Source: the human T2T-CHM13v2.0 reference genome, Homo sapiens
Direction: 5' to 3' (one strand)
NCBI RefSeq assembly: GCF_009914755.1
Contig: NC_060935.1
Length of the DNA stretch: 64,000 bases
The notes under the pieces were generated by a model that did no database searches, was not told the DNA's origin, and saw only the letters and a list, made by a program, of their open reading frames with translations. Position numbers and translations under genes: made by a program. Each line of letters begins with the position of its first letter. The first letter of the stretch is position 1. Below are positions 12,556 through 26,895 of the stretch, in pieces.

Positions 12556-15500
12556 AAAAGGCTCATTGGAGGATTACAGGATTTCTGAATCTTGGCCCTT
12601 CTGAAAACATCTTTAGTCTACCATTTTATTGATTGATAGTTTCGCTGGTGATAGACTATATGACTTGAAATTAGTCTTGATCCTCACTTCTGACCTGCTT
12701 AGTGCTCTGTGAGGGCAAAGTGGCTTATTTCTTTGCTATGTGCTCCTCTGTGAGGTCTCAAAACTGTCATATTCTTTACATGTCATTAGGAAATTTTACA
12801 GCCACCTTTGGTTTTCTCGAGTTTTCCTAGAAATGTCCTGTGTTCCTCTCCACTTTTAACTAATATGAATATACCTAATTTGGGTTTCCTTTGGGATTGT
12901 GCAGGTAGATTTATTTCCGAAAGATTTCTTTCTTAGTGGAAAGTGTGCCTGGGTAGGAACTTTGTACAAGTGGGTGGAATATGTACTGTCAGGCTTTGCT
13001 TTAGGAGGTATGAGAAAGGACCCTAAGGATAGGCTGTGAGGCAACCCCCACAACTTGAGAATTAGGATGATTCTTCCCATAAAAGAACTTTTCACTTTCC
13101 CCAGGTGGTCTCAATGTAAACAAACAAAAATCAGCTGCTTTATTTTGTGCGTCTTTTGTTTTTCACTCTGGTGTTAAAAACTGGGCAGCCTGTGCTCTAC
13201 AAGCTGAAGTGGGAGATCGAATTCATCAATAAATTTATGTTTTTTCCACCATGATTTTTCTCCTACTATTAGTGTGTTTGTGTATGTGACTTTTTCCGGG
13301 TTTTGACAAAAGTTCTTACCCATTTACTACCTTAGCTGGAACTAAGTATACCTTCTGTTGCAATTTCCAGAGCTTTGGACTTGTATTCTACCTGGTTTGC
13401 ATGTTTTCTGTGACTTGTTGAGTCTCTTTCACTGAAATATCTTTAAGCAAGTTAAGCAAGGATTTTGGATAACAATTTAAAGTGGTTTTGTCATAATGTT
13501 TTTGTATAATTTTAGCAAAATAGTAGAATTTTATTTAACTTTTCTTTTGGCCAAAAGTTTACTTCCGTATGTGACAAATAAAGTAAACCCCAAAAAGCAA
13601 ACAAAAACCAGCATTCTATTCTGGTTTATTATTTCATCAATAATATCAAATTACTGCCATCTATGAAATGGATGTAGTAATTGTAATTCTCCATACCTAA
13701 AATAACATTTTATTAAAGTGGATAAAAATAATTTTTATGGCTGCTAGTCTTAGTCACAAGCAGTATTATTACAGCTCTTACTGTATTCTAATTATTTTTA
13801 TTTGCTCTTCGAAAATTTATAAGTGGTATTAAAATATAATGACTTGTCAAAATCTGAAATAGGGATACATGAAATCTTTTGATGAATAAAATTAATGTGA
13901 ATTGAATAATGTTAACACCAATAAAACTGTTTGCAATACTGTACAGGACGCATCTGAAGCATGTACCACATACAATAATTATAGTAGCAGCTCTCTAAGG
14001 ACTAGAGCACTAGAAACTGTACTGTGCTAATCTGAAATCAGGTGAATTAATCCTCAGAGGAGTCAGGTACCACAGTCTCAAGTAATCAGTAATAATTGTA
14101 TCATATTGCTGAAGCACACTCCAAGAGCTATGATTTTCCCTACCTGCTGGATTGCCTGCAATGATTGAAATTTGTTAAGCAGTGGCAGAAATTCAGGCCC
14201 ATGATCAGTGGAAATCCAAGAGTTCCAAATACATAGGTAACATCACTATAACAAGGTTTTTCTATTGTTTTTTTCCTTTGGTTTTAACTTTATGTTTTAT
14301 AGTAGATGGATTTTGCCAATAATACATTGCTATACTTTGATAACGAATACTCTGAAGTGTTTAAAGAATTGAAAACATCAAAAAATAATTTTGCTTATAA
14401 CAAAATACAAACATTAAATATTTTTGATAAGAGAACTTACTTATTAGATTTACACTATTTCTCTAACTTTAAAAAGTAGTCTGCATTTCAAGTGGTCTAC
14501 CATATGGCTGTCTACATCTTAGCATTTTGCAGAAAGTATATATAAAATGAAATGCATATAAAAGTTGCCTGCAGTAAGTAATACTAAAGGCCTGGATTAA
14601 TGAATTTAGCTCGGCTTTGAGTTATTTCAAATATATCTTTGTTAATAATTATGTACTTCCCAAAGCCATCGAATAATGTTAATTAAATCTCGGCTTAGTT
14701 TCACAGTTGTGTTTAATTAGCTCAATCACTTTTTAAAATGTAACAGGCTATTAAAAGAAAGATCTATTGACAGAATGTTGAATGGCAAATTGTTAGCTGC
14801 CAGATTTGGTCCCTGAATGGTCATTGGGTGCGTGAAAAAGCAAAAAGCATCAAAATCATAGCATTTATAAACAGGCTTTGTAGCTTAAGAGTTAAGTGCA
14901 TGCAATTCAAATGATTTTCATTCTATATTGGAAGGGAGTAATCCAATGAGTTTAATGGTGTATGTATTATACAGAAGCTTTTCAATAAAGGCAGAAATTA
15001 CATTTACAGTGCCTTTTCTGTGGTTATTTGAAATATACTTTTATCTAGGCAAACCTTAATTTCTGGCAATATAAAAAGTGCCCTGAGGTAAATATGGACT
15101 TTACTCCTGCTTATGAGAAAGTTAAATTAATACCCTAAGGATATGTCCTTTGCAAAGGGTCATACTTATTACCAAGCCATTATAATAATATACACTTTCT
15201 TACAAATCTGCAATCGATTTACAAGCAAGATTTCGATTAAAGTTCACTTCCCAAAACATTGGAAAGTAAGCTGTTTGTATTGCACTGTTTATAAACACTT
15301 ACTTGATTCCCAATTTATCTTTATTTTAGGAAGAGATAGTAAGTCAGAATTATTTTGTTTATTCTAGGAAACTCTCAGTTTTCAAATTTTCAATTAGGAA
15401 ATGGTGAGGGAAGTGGGATTCAAACACAAGGACATTATAATGATGCCAATCAAAAACAATTTATTAATAACTAAGTAGGCAGCTTTTAAAATTTTTGACT

Positions 15501-15704
15501 TTCAAAATAATAAAAAAATGCAATTCCTTATTAAATGCAAGGAGGTTACTGGAAGAAATTTGGCATAAAATGCCTTGTTTATTAAAGATTAAGAGAAACA
15601 ACTGTTTATATTATAGAAATTAAATTACTATTTATTGAGCATATGCATCTCAATTTGCAAGTCACAGTGTAGAATAGAGGCCTATTTAATATGTCATTAA
15701 AATA

Positions 15705-15770
15705 TATTTTAATAATGTTGCAAATATAAAATCTATTTTAATAATGTTGCAAATATAAAATCTATTTTAA
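15705..15770. repeat. Perfect 29 bp tandem duplication (about 2.3 copies)
   Basis: tattttaataatgttgcaaatataaaatc at 15705-15733 and 15734-15762. Confidence 0.95.
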
Positions 15771-15926
15771 AATAATGATATTTAACCTTATTTTGCTGTG
15801 AATTGATGCTACAGTGTACATTCAGTGCACACAAAATATCAAAACTTTCCATCTAGGATTTAATAAGAGAGAAAAAAATCTGTGGAAGAAACTATGTACA
15901 TTGAAGAAACTCAAAGGCAGGAGACA

Positions 15927-16350
15927 TGTGTTAGGCCATTCTTGCCTTGCTCTGAAGTAATATCTGTGACCGGGTACTTTATAAAGAAAAGAGGTTTAAC
16001 TGTCTCACGGTTCTTCAGGCTGTACAGGAAGCTTGTTGCCAGCATCTGCTTCTGGAGGGGCCTCAGGAAGCTTACGATCATGGTGGAAGGCAAAGGGGGA
16101 GTAGCTTGGGGAGTCACATGGCGAGACCAGGAGCAAGAGAGAGAGGGGAAAGGTGCCACACTGTTTTAAGCAAGTAGATCTTGCATGAACTAACAGAGAA
16201 AGAACTCACTCATCATCAAGGGGATGACACTAAGTCATTCATGAGGGATCCGCCGCCATGATCCAGTACCTTCCACTAGGCCTCACTTCCAACAATGGGG
16301 ATTACATTGCAACAGGAGATTTGAAGAGAACAAACATCAAAACCATATCA
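15927..16350 (-). mobile_element. MaLR solo LTR, MSTA-like
   Basis: tgtgttaggccattcttg...ataaagaaaagaggtttaa...catggtggaaggcaaagg...aaaccatatca. Confidence 0.92.
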
Positions 16351-17534
16351 ACATATTTATTCACTTTTCTTGGTATTATCTATATTCTACGATTAATATC
16401 ATGAATAGACAGTCATGAATGAATAGTAATGAATAGACAGTAAATGAATAGACAGTAAATTCTAGATCAGAACGTAATTTACTAATTTACTGCCAATGAA
16501 CAGACACTAAATTCTAGATCAGAACCTAACTTCGGACTTAGTGCTTCCAAAGTACATCTTTGTCATAGTACCATGCATCTAAAAACCCAGAATTTAAATA
16601 TTTTACACGTAGACAGAGAAATAGACTAAATCATAGTGTGATTTTATGAAAACAACGAAAACAACTACTTCTTTAGTAATGTAAAACCTATCAAAGTTCC
16701 ATCTGTGATTTGTCTAAAATAAGCCTATAGCTCCATAGTCAGAACTCCAAAGCTGACAACCTCTTCAATCCTTCAGAAAAGACAATAATGTCTTTTAGAA
16801 AGGTTTTAGATTTGCCATGTTCAATTATCTATATTATTGAGCCTACTAACCACCTACTTCTAATGTTGCAACCAGATATCATTCTGGAAATAATCTTTCT
16901 TTAACAATAAAATTTTCCATATTAATTTATAGCATGAGAATCCCCATTCCCGTCTTCCATTATTCTCATTTGCACTACCCTAACCTTCCTTCTCAATTTT
17001 TGCAATGCTTTCCCTCATAGTACATCATATCATAACATTTAGAACATTTATGTAATGTGAGATATGGAAACTGATTTTAGAGGTCATTTAGTTGGGGAAA
17101 GAAAATGTATATCACTTCATATGTTCCAGTAGCAGCTGCCTCTTGGTCTCGGTAGAGAAGAATTCAGAGGGAGAGCTGGCTCAGACTCAGCAGAAAAAGG
17201 TCCTCATATGATGGCTTATCTATGTTAGAGATTGGGAAGTAAGAATTGTTTGTATGTTTAGGTATCTTTTAGTTCACTTTGTCTCCGATTTCACATATTA
17301 TCTTTTGATTTCCCATTCCCTGGTCCAAATACCCTTCTCAAAAAGACTAAAAATATAAAAATATTTTAACATAATTTTTGTTTAAATCAAATCCAGTGTA
17401 TAAATTATTATGGCTATGTAAATGTTATGTTATGTTTAGCTGTTCCACACCCACATAGTATAATGTGATTACATGTTATTTCTTGGACAGCTTTTGTTTT
17501 GCTTTTTTCTGGAGTTAATAATAGCCTAACATTT

Positions 17535-17660
17535 TCTCCTTGATCATATGCTCTAGAAGGGCAGTCTTTCTTTGGTTCACTGATGTATCCTAAAGTGTCT
17601 AGTACAACATATGTTTCTAGTAGACACATATTAAAAACCCAATAAATATTTGTCAAATTA
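17535..17660 (+). mobile_element. L2 3' end
   Basis: ttggttcactgatgtatcctaaagtgtctagtaca...caataaatatttgtcaaat. Confidence 0.75.
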
Positions 17661-17849
17661 AAATATTAATTTTCAAAGCTCTAATAGAACTATAAAATTC
17701 CTGTCTATATAATCAGTCATGCCAGCTAATTCTTTAGTTTCATTTTAATTCTTTGAGACAACATCACTGTCACCTAAAGCTCTCTAAAGCCCTCCTCCCA
17801 ATTGGGCAGGTTCTTTTTCTTAACCCATTACCAAGATATGATCGTAAAA

Positions 17850-19440
17850 TGTCCCTTTTTATTATCTTGGTAATTTTTGTCTCAGTTTTCTATAAAATCT
17901 CTACTTTCCTGATTTTCATGGTATTCTCTTTCTTTGTTTAGTCACTTGTTTTGTTTTGGTGAAACATATTCTTTGTAACCTGCTGTGAAAGGACGCAAAG
18001 ATAGATTTTTTGGGGGGTTTGTTTTGCTATACTATGTGTCTAAAACTGTGTATTAAAAAGTGGCTAGATATTAAATTCTAGTCTAGACAATTTTTTAAAT
18101 TTTTGACAGTTCTCACTTCCAGTAGTACTTTTTAAAACTCTGATGCCATGTGAGTCATATGTGACATATTTTGTGATATGACCTTCTGATCTAGAGAACT
18201 TGTTATTTGAAAATCTCTATTGTACAATTCTAAAAATTTTTTCTCCTCCTTTTTTTTTCTGAAATAGCTTTTCTTATTTGGAAATAGTATCACTTCATTT
18301 AATTATGCAATTTTCTTCTCTTTTTTTAATCTCTTATTTTAGGTTCTTATTTTTTCATACTTTATCAAAAACTTCCTTACCCTTTTTTCCAGCAGATTTG
18401 TTTCATGTTTTTATGCTATCGTATTTTCAGTTTTGAAGCTTGAATTCTTTAAGTATCTCCTTTTAATGTTTTCATAGCACCCTGTTCACTTCATCATGAA
18501 TACTTTATATGATCATATTCCAGGAAAGACACTTATCCTTTTTAAAAAAGTTATCTTCTGATCTAAGTGTATTCTTTTACTTCTTTCATTTGTTTGGGTT
18601 TCTTTACTTTTGATTTAAAAGCTTTCAGTGATAATTTGTTTCATATTTTTTAAATGATACATACTTTTTAAATGTGTTACAAAAAAATGCTTTTTGGAAG
18701 TACTGTGTTTTGGAACAACTTTCCGGCCAGTGCAGTTTATTACTGTATGATAAGACAATGAAACTTTTTGTTTGATGGGAAACTCAAATTTAATAAGGCA
18801 TTTGTTTTCTCACAGGGTACTTTAGTGTCCAGAAAGAATCCTCCAGTTGCTTGCCAGGGCTGGGATATAAGTTGGGTTGCACGTGTTCTGGGAATCAAGC
18901 GAGGAAGATAGCAGATCACATCACCATTTTACATAAAAACTTATACAGAGTGCCTATGATTTCACCGGGATGCTTCTTCTCCATCCTAAGCTATACCAAT
19001 CTCCCCTGAGTCCAGAATCTTTACAGCTTAGTTTTTCCTTACACTATAAATCTAATCCCCAGCATGGGTTGTGGGGGAAGTTGCTTAGGATGATTTCTAA
19101 ATATTTCTTATAAGTCTTTTGACTATTTCCACTATCGATAATACCTACACTTTCCTTGCACGTCGAAGGTGCTTCTGAGCATCATGCGGTTCTTCTGCTT
19201 AAATGATTTCACTTCTTATTATATTCTACTTCTTTTAGCTTCCTGCCCAACCTTTAGAATTTGTTCCATCTTTACAACTTGTACATAAACGGACCTCCCA
19301 TCTTCTAAATTGTGCTGACATCTTATCACTACCCACCCTTTATTGTATTTATTCTTTTCTATATAATTTAAAAAAATATTTTATGTTATTTAGGGGAATT
19401 CTGAAAGATCTGTGATCAATCTATCATAATTTGCTAAAAG
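17850..19440 (-). mobile_element. Highly decayed L1ME/HAL1-like ORF1 and 5' region
   Basis: T-rich antisense ORF1 motifs (tggctagatattaaattctagtctagacaatttttt, aaaactctgatgcca). Boundaries approximate. Confidence 0.5.
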
Positions 19441-19614
19441 TCTTAACACATTTAAAAATTTTAAATATCCATGAGCAGAATGATCATGCTGCAAATGTGA
19501 TTAGTTAACTAAAATATTAAATATTAACAATATTCAAAAACCTTATAAATGAAGCCCCAAGTGTTAACTGATTTATCAGTAATTACATATAGGCTACATA
19601 AAAATATATTTCCT

Positions 19615-20210
<596 letters not shown>

Positions 20211-21759
20211 TTCCTGAGGGTTGGCTCTTTCCTCTGTAGAATTTTGATTTTGTTGAGAGTAGACTTGTAGTCATGGAGAACTTAAAAACAATAAAAACAG
20301 AATGTAATAAATTGCTAAATTTCATTATTTAGTCAGGAAAGCCATAGTAGTTTAGGAAAGAGCAAAATTAAAGTATTACAGAATGTCTCAGGTGACTTCC
20401 CTTGCCTTGGTGACATGTGTATCTGGTTTGTTACATACTTCTAAGATAGCCTTTGGATTATGCTATTGTCTGCCTAACAGCTGGAATCTATTCAATCAAA
20501 GATTATTTGCTGAAATATGAGGCAGAGATCTATCTTTTACATAATCCTAAATATTCTTTTGAATATTTCTACCATGCTGAGAATAAACAAGTACAGTGTT
20601 TTATTTTGAGAACAAATTTGGGAACTCAAGTTGATAAAAAGATGGATAATGTATTTAACTAAAATTTTTGAATCATACTATGTGTCATTTTCTCTACTTG
20701 ATATTAGCAATTGCGAGAATAAAAAAATGCAGTTACTGCTATTAGAGCAGAGGCATGGGCAATGAAACAAGCTACACTTACTTAACAGAGTAAGTATGAC
20801 AACGGATAGGAGCACACCTGAAAGTGACAATGAAAGAAAGGCTTCCCAGGGGAAGTACAGATTTATCCAAACTCTAAAACTTAACTGGAAGTCACATGAA
20901 GAAGGGGAAATGGTAGTTTGGACAAAGGAACCAGCTTATTCAAATGCACGGAGTCCTGATAAAACATGGAATTGAGGGAAAACACATTTAAGTGTGACTA
21001 GACTTTGGGAGTTAGATTTAAAAACCAGACTAGTCTGTGCAAAGCAATTTCAGAAAATTAAGATACCAAAAAATATATATATTATATATGTATATAAATA
21101 AATATATATATATAATGTTCTAAAGCAGTATAGTATAATGGAGTTTTTACCTAGACTAGTTACCAGAAAATGTAACCCTATTATCTCTGTGAACTTTGAC
21201 AAATCCTTTAATATGTGTAATAAATTTATTGTTTAGGACCTTTTATTTTCTTCCCAGCTTCAATTTCATTGTTAAGATGTTAACCAGAAGAATAAGGCCC
21301 AATTGACAGATCTTTTTGAAATTTCAGACACTTTTGCACTTCCCTAGTAATTTGATGGCTCTTAACCAATCTGGTGAAAACTTTTTTCCTATCCACACTG
21401 TAGAATGTTTTACACATTACTCTCAATGTAAATTCACTCAATCTTCAGACTGACAAAAAAATTTAGGTTTCAATAAGTCATTTAACAAGGAATTCCAGTG
21501 ATACCATAAACTTTCATCATCATCCAACTCAGCTACCCTCCTGATGCTTAAATTCTCTCCACAATATTTCTGCCAGTCATCATCTTTACTATGCTTGAGT
21601 ATTTCAAGTGATACTCAAGTAGTTATTCTCAAGTAAGTCTATGATTAGACTCCTCTGACTGAAAGATTTTCTTGTATCATTCTTTTGGTCATAGGTCTAA
21701 TTTTCATATCATGAAGTGCCTTTAAAAAAGAAAAAAAAAATGAAGATAATGGGTTTCTA

Positions 21760-21990
21760 GTGCCTAACCAAGTATGTGGCTCCTTGGCACCCAGAATATA
21801 ACAGTGATCATTGTCCCATCAATTACTTGAGAATGGAAATTGAACTATACTTCCAATTTTAGGCTTATCTTCTCAGTGTAAAACATCTCACATTCCTGTG
21901 ATTATGTCTCAGCTGAGATGGTTTTTAGGTCTACTAAAATTTTAGTTTGTTCCAGTTAGTTTTTTACCACTCTTAGAAGGTGGAAAAGTC
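21760..21990 (-). mobile_element. CR1/L3 LINE fragment
   Basis: cttatcttctcagtgtaaaacatctcacattcc...gttccagttagt...ctcttagaaggtgg resembles antisense L3. Confidence 0.45.
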
Positions 21991-22019
21991 ACCATAGAGC
22001 TTCAAACATGGAAACACAG

Positions 22020-22345
22020 AGAGCAATGAGGAGGCTGCTGACATAATCCAGGACAAGATATTAGAGGTTTTGCTTGGATAACAGCTGAAATGATCAAAGA
22101 AACAAATAGATTTCGGAGAATTTGGGTAGTAAAGTTCATAAGACCTCCTAATGGCTTGGAGTATATTTGGAAGAGGCTAAAAGGACTCGATAAGGACTCC
22201 ATGATATTTGGTTTGAGCAGCTGAGGGGATTGTGGTGCCATTTATTGAGATGAGAAAGATTCTGGGGAATAAATTTTGTTTAGGAATTCAGTTTGAAATG
22301 TCTCAAAGATATCCAACAGGAAATCTTAATTAGGATATTCACTGA
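22020..22345 (-). mobile_element. L2 fragment
   Basis: aggaggctgctgacataatccagg...tttggtttgagcagctgaggggattgtggtgccatttattgagatg. Confidence 0.8.
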
Positions 22346-22566
22346 AGTTGGCTAACAGAAAACCTATTTCCCTTTAAAATCATGATCAGTACCTCAGAAA
22401 GGCAGCTAGTCATTTGGAGAATTGTACTACATTTTCTTTATCAGTTTGCTCTACTACTCTCTCAGACTGGTGCTTTTCAAAAGTAATGTGAATGGAAATC
22501 ACTGGGAGATCTTGTTCAAAGGCAGGTTCTGAAAATCTGGTGAGATGCTTAAGCATCTGCATTTTT

Positions 22567-23311
22567 TTCACTTTTAATTTTGTTATTATTAATCGTCAGT
22601 GCATAATGGTTGTATATATTCATGCGGTGCATGTGATGTTCTGATACAGGAACACACTGTGTAATGATCAAATCAGTATCCATCACCTCAAGCATTTATC
22701 ATGTATCTGTTACAGAAACACTGCAATATCATTCTTTTAGTTATTTTAAAATGTACAATAAGTTATTGTTAACTATAGTCACTCTATGATGCTATTGAGT
22801 TGTAGATATTCTTCATTCTACCTAACTGTTATTTTTGTACCCCTTCTTCCCCACTATCCTTCCCAGCCCTTAGTAACCATCATCCTACTCTCTATCTTCA
22901 TAAGTTCAGTATTTTTTAGTTCCCACATGTAAGTGAGAACATGTGATATTTGTGTTTCTTTGTCTGGCTTATTGTATTTAACATAAAGTCCTCCAATTCC
23001 ATCTGTGTTGTTGCAAATGACCGGATTTCATTCTTTTTTAGGGCAGAATAATATTTCATTGTGTTATACAGGCCATATTTTCTTTACCCATTCATCCACT
23101 GATGGACACTTAGGTTGATTCCATATCTTGACTATTGTGAATAGTGCTACAGTAAGCCTGGGAGTGCCGATATCTCTTAGATACATTCGTTGCTTTTCTT
23201 TTGGATATATACCCAGCTGTGGAAATGCTGGATCATATGATCCATCATATGCTGGATAATATAATCCATCATATGCTGGATAATATATTTAACTAGCTCC
23301 TATTTATTTTT
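22567..23311 (-). mobile_element. L1MA2/3-like 3' segment (non-inverted part of a twin-primed insertion)
   Basis: Antisense L1MA 3' UTR (tgtgtaatgatcaaatcag, tatccatcacctcaagcatttatc) running to ttggatatatacccagc...gctggatcatatg. Confidence 0.92.
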
Positions 23312-24219
<908 letters not shown>

Positions 24220-24329
24220 TAATGCATTTTTCTTTATGCTCGCAGGTGACATCAATGCTATAGATCCTCAGATGCACTTTGAGTAGCAAGGTCTGAGTTA
24301 GACAAGTCTTTCCCACTTAAATTTGCATG

Positions 24330-25170
24330 CCCTGATGTTCCTTCCTCACTCTCAGCTGAGTGTGTCTTACTGTGACTTATTTCAGGAGAAAATAGAAGAG
24401 AAGAAGAGAATTTTCACATGCTTGTACCATTAAATCTACCAACCCACTCATCTAGTAGGTTTTCTCTCTTTTAAAAATGGGCTTTTACATAAGGCCAATC
24501 CTTCTGCTTATTTGCTAGATTGCATCCCCTCTCACTTTCTCAAAGGCATCAATCCCATAATTGCTACCTCCTTTCCAAGCATCATACATTTTTACATTTT
24601 ACTGAATCATTCTCTTTAGCATAATTAACATGCTAAGATAAACGTTAGCTTAAAATAAAAACAAAGAAGTTTTGATACTCCCTATTTCTTTGCTTCCTTT
24701 TAGTGTAAAACTTTTCACAAAAAGATTACATTTATTTTCTCCAATTGCTTTTTTTCTGTTTTATGGTGGTAGTTCTAGCAGTAGCTACTGTTAAGATCAA
24801 TGATCCTTCCTTTGCCAAATCTAATGGTGGATTATCTGTTCTCATGTCACCTCGTGTATGAAGGTTATTTTCGTAGTTCTATTTATAATACTATCTTCCC
24901 TTGGACTCTGTGACATCAACTTCCCTTTGATTTTCCTTTGACTTAATGTGTTTGTCTTTTCTGCCTTTTTGCTGGCTCCTCATTCTCTTTTGACTTCTAA
25001 ATTTTAAATTACTTTTGAGCCAAGTTCCAGGACCTCTTATTTTCTACATCTATATATCAACCCTCTAGGTCAACTCATATTATTTCATGCCTTTAAATAC
25101 TACATGTGTTCTTGATTTCTAGAAACACACCTTCAGCCGAGGTTTTTCCACTGACCTAAAGTCCTGTATG
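24330..25170 (+). mobile_element. L2 fragment
   Basis: acttatttcaggagaaaatagaag, aaggccaatccttctgct...catcccctctcac, tgccaaatctaatggt. Confidence 0.75.
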
Positions 25171-25175
25171 TTGAC

Positions 25176-25270
25176 TGGGTAATTTATTGTCCAAACGAGG
25201 ACACTTTAGAATGTGAAGATGGGGGATTATTATTAATTATTCTGAGAAAACACATGTAAACCAGGACAAC
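25176..25270 (+). mobile_element. MER94-like hAT-Blackjack MITE fragment
   Basis: taatttattgtccaaacgaggacactttagaatgtgaagatggggg...tattaattat...gtaaaccaggac. Confidence 0.7.
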
Positions 25271-25339
25271 CACTTGTCTAAGCAGTTTTATGCAATCAGG
25301 GGTATATCCAATTGCCTACTCACCATTATGTATTTGGGT

Positions 25340-25797
25340 TTTGGGATAAAGATAGCTAGCTGTTCACAAATACCTATTTTACTCTTCTGTAGTACTAGAA
25401 CCCTGAATTTGCAGCTGGTTACAAGACCTGATAGAATAAGAACTGAATTTCCAAACCTCTTTTGTATTTTATGTGGCAATGTAACTAATTCTGGACAATA
25501 CAATGTAAGGTTAGTTGGTGTATGGAACTTCTAGGATTTGCCTTAAATGTAGGAGATGTGCATTTCTTTGACCGCTTTCCCTGTTCTGATGCTTAGATTA
25601 TGAAGGTAGGAGCCATTTAGAATCTCTTAGTAGAAGCCATACATTGAGGAAATCAGTACAAAAAGATAGAAGACGCTTAGATTTTGATACTGGTAAGCCC
25701 CTGGACTGCTTTAATATGAAATAAAAATAACACCCATCTTATTATTGCCTTTGTTAATTTACCATTCATTGCAATGAAACCAAATCCTCACTAATAG
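25340..25797 (+). mobile_element. MaLR solo LTR, MLT1J-like
   Basis: agaaccctgaattt...tgtggcaatgtaactaattctggacaat...ggaacttctagg...ccctggactgc...aatcctcactaatag. Confidence 0.7.
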
Positions 25798-25804
25798 AGG
25801 GGCT

Positions 25805-26540
25805 TAACATTTATTTATATATTCAACAAATATTTACTAAGTGACTGATACTATTCTAGGCATTTGGGATACAATAATGAACAGATAAGTGGGCCCTTCA
25901 GAGCTTACAGTTTGCAAATATTAACATTCTGGAAGTATATTCTAATGAAAGATTTACATACTAATTATTAAATAGTATACTATATAAAGGTAATAAAGCT
26001 AAAAGTAAGAGAAAAAGTAAAGATTGCTAAAGAGGCTTAGAAATTCTGGCCATAGGGGTGATTTCTTAATTGGGATAGACTTCTCAAGCAGATAATTGTG
26101 AGCAAGGAGGTGGATAAGGTGAGTAATTTTGCCTATGAATCTATCTGGAGGAAAGCCATCCTAGGCAGAGCTGAGAACCATACAGAGGCCTTAAGTTAGG
26201 AGTATTCTTATTCTACAAAACATAAGGAAGCTAGTACAGCTGGTATTGGTGTTTATAGAACGATATCAGAGATGAGGTTTAGAGGTGATGGAGAGCCACA
26301 TACATCTTTCAGCACTTGTAGACCATGGCAAAGACTTTTTTGTCTTACTTTGAGTAAGATTAAAAAAAAAAAAAAACTATTGCAGGATTTTGAGCAGAAA
26401 ACTGACATGGTCTGTCTTAGATTTTAAAGAATTTCACTAGCCATAATGTGAGAATGTACTATGAGGGTAGAGGGTATGGGGAAAGGATAGAAGCAAGGAG
26501 ACCAGTTTGTAGATTACGGCAGGAATCGAGATGAGAGATG
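25805..26540 (-). mobile_element. L2a 3' portion
   Basis: attcaacaaatatttactaagtg...ctattctaggcatttgggataca...caggattttgagcagaaaactgacatggtctg. Confidence 0.88.
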
Positions 26541-26699
26541 ATTATAAAATCAAAAAGTCTTAAATATCATGCTTAATTTCTCATCTCTGCCCTATTGAAA
26601 TAGCTTCTTCTGCAGGCTTCTGTATTTCTGTAAATAGAAACTTTGCTCCTCAAAGAGACTGGGTCTAAAACTTTGGGCTCATTTGGAATCATTCAGAGA

Positions 26700-26895
26700 T
26701 AGGAACACAGAGAAAATGGCAATACATAGATCTTCATGCAACTTGTTCCAGACACTCATTCCTGTCCTTTCCAGTTTTGTTGGATCAGCCACGTTGCAAT
26801 TATGCATGATAATGCAACATTCTCCCAATAAGTTCTTCTCCATTTCTAAGCTCGTTTACACTGGATTTCTATTATTAGAACACATTTTGTTACGA
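26700..26895 (+). mobile_element. LTR33-like ERVL LTR 3' fragment
   Basis: ccaataagttcttctccatttctaagctcgtttacactggatttcta resembles the LTR33 3' end. Confidence 0.4.
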
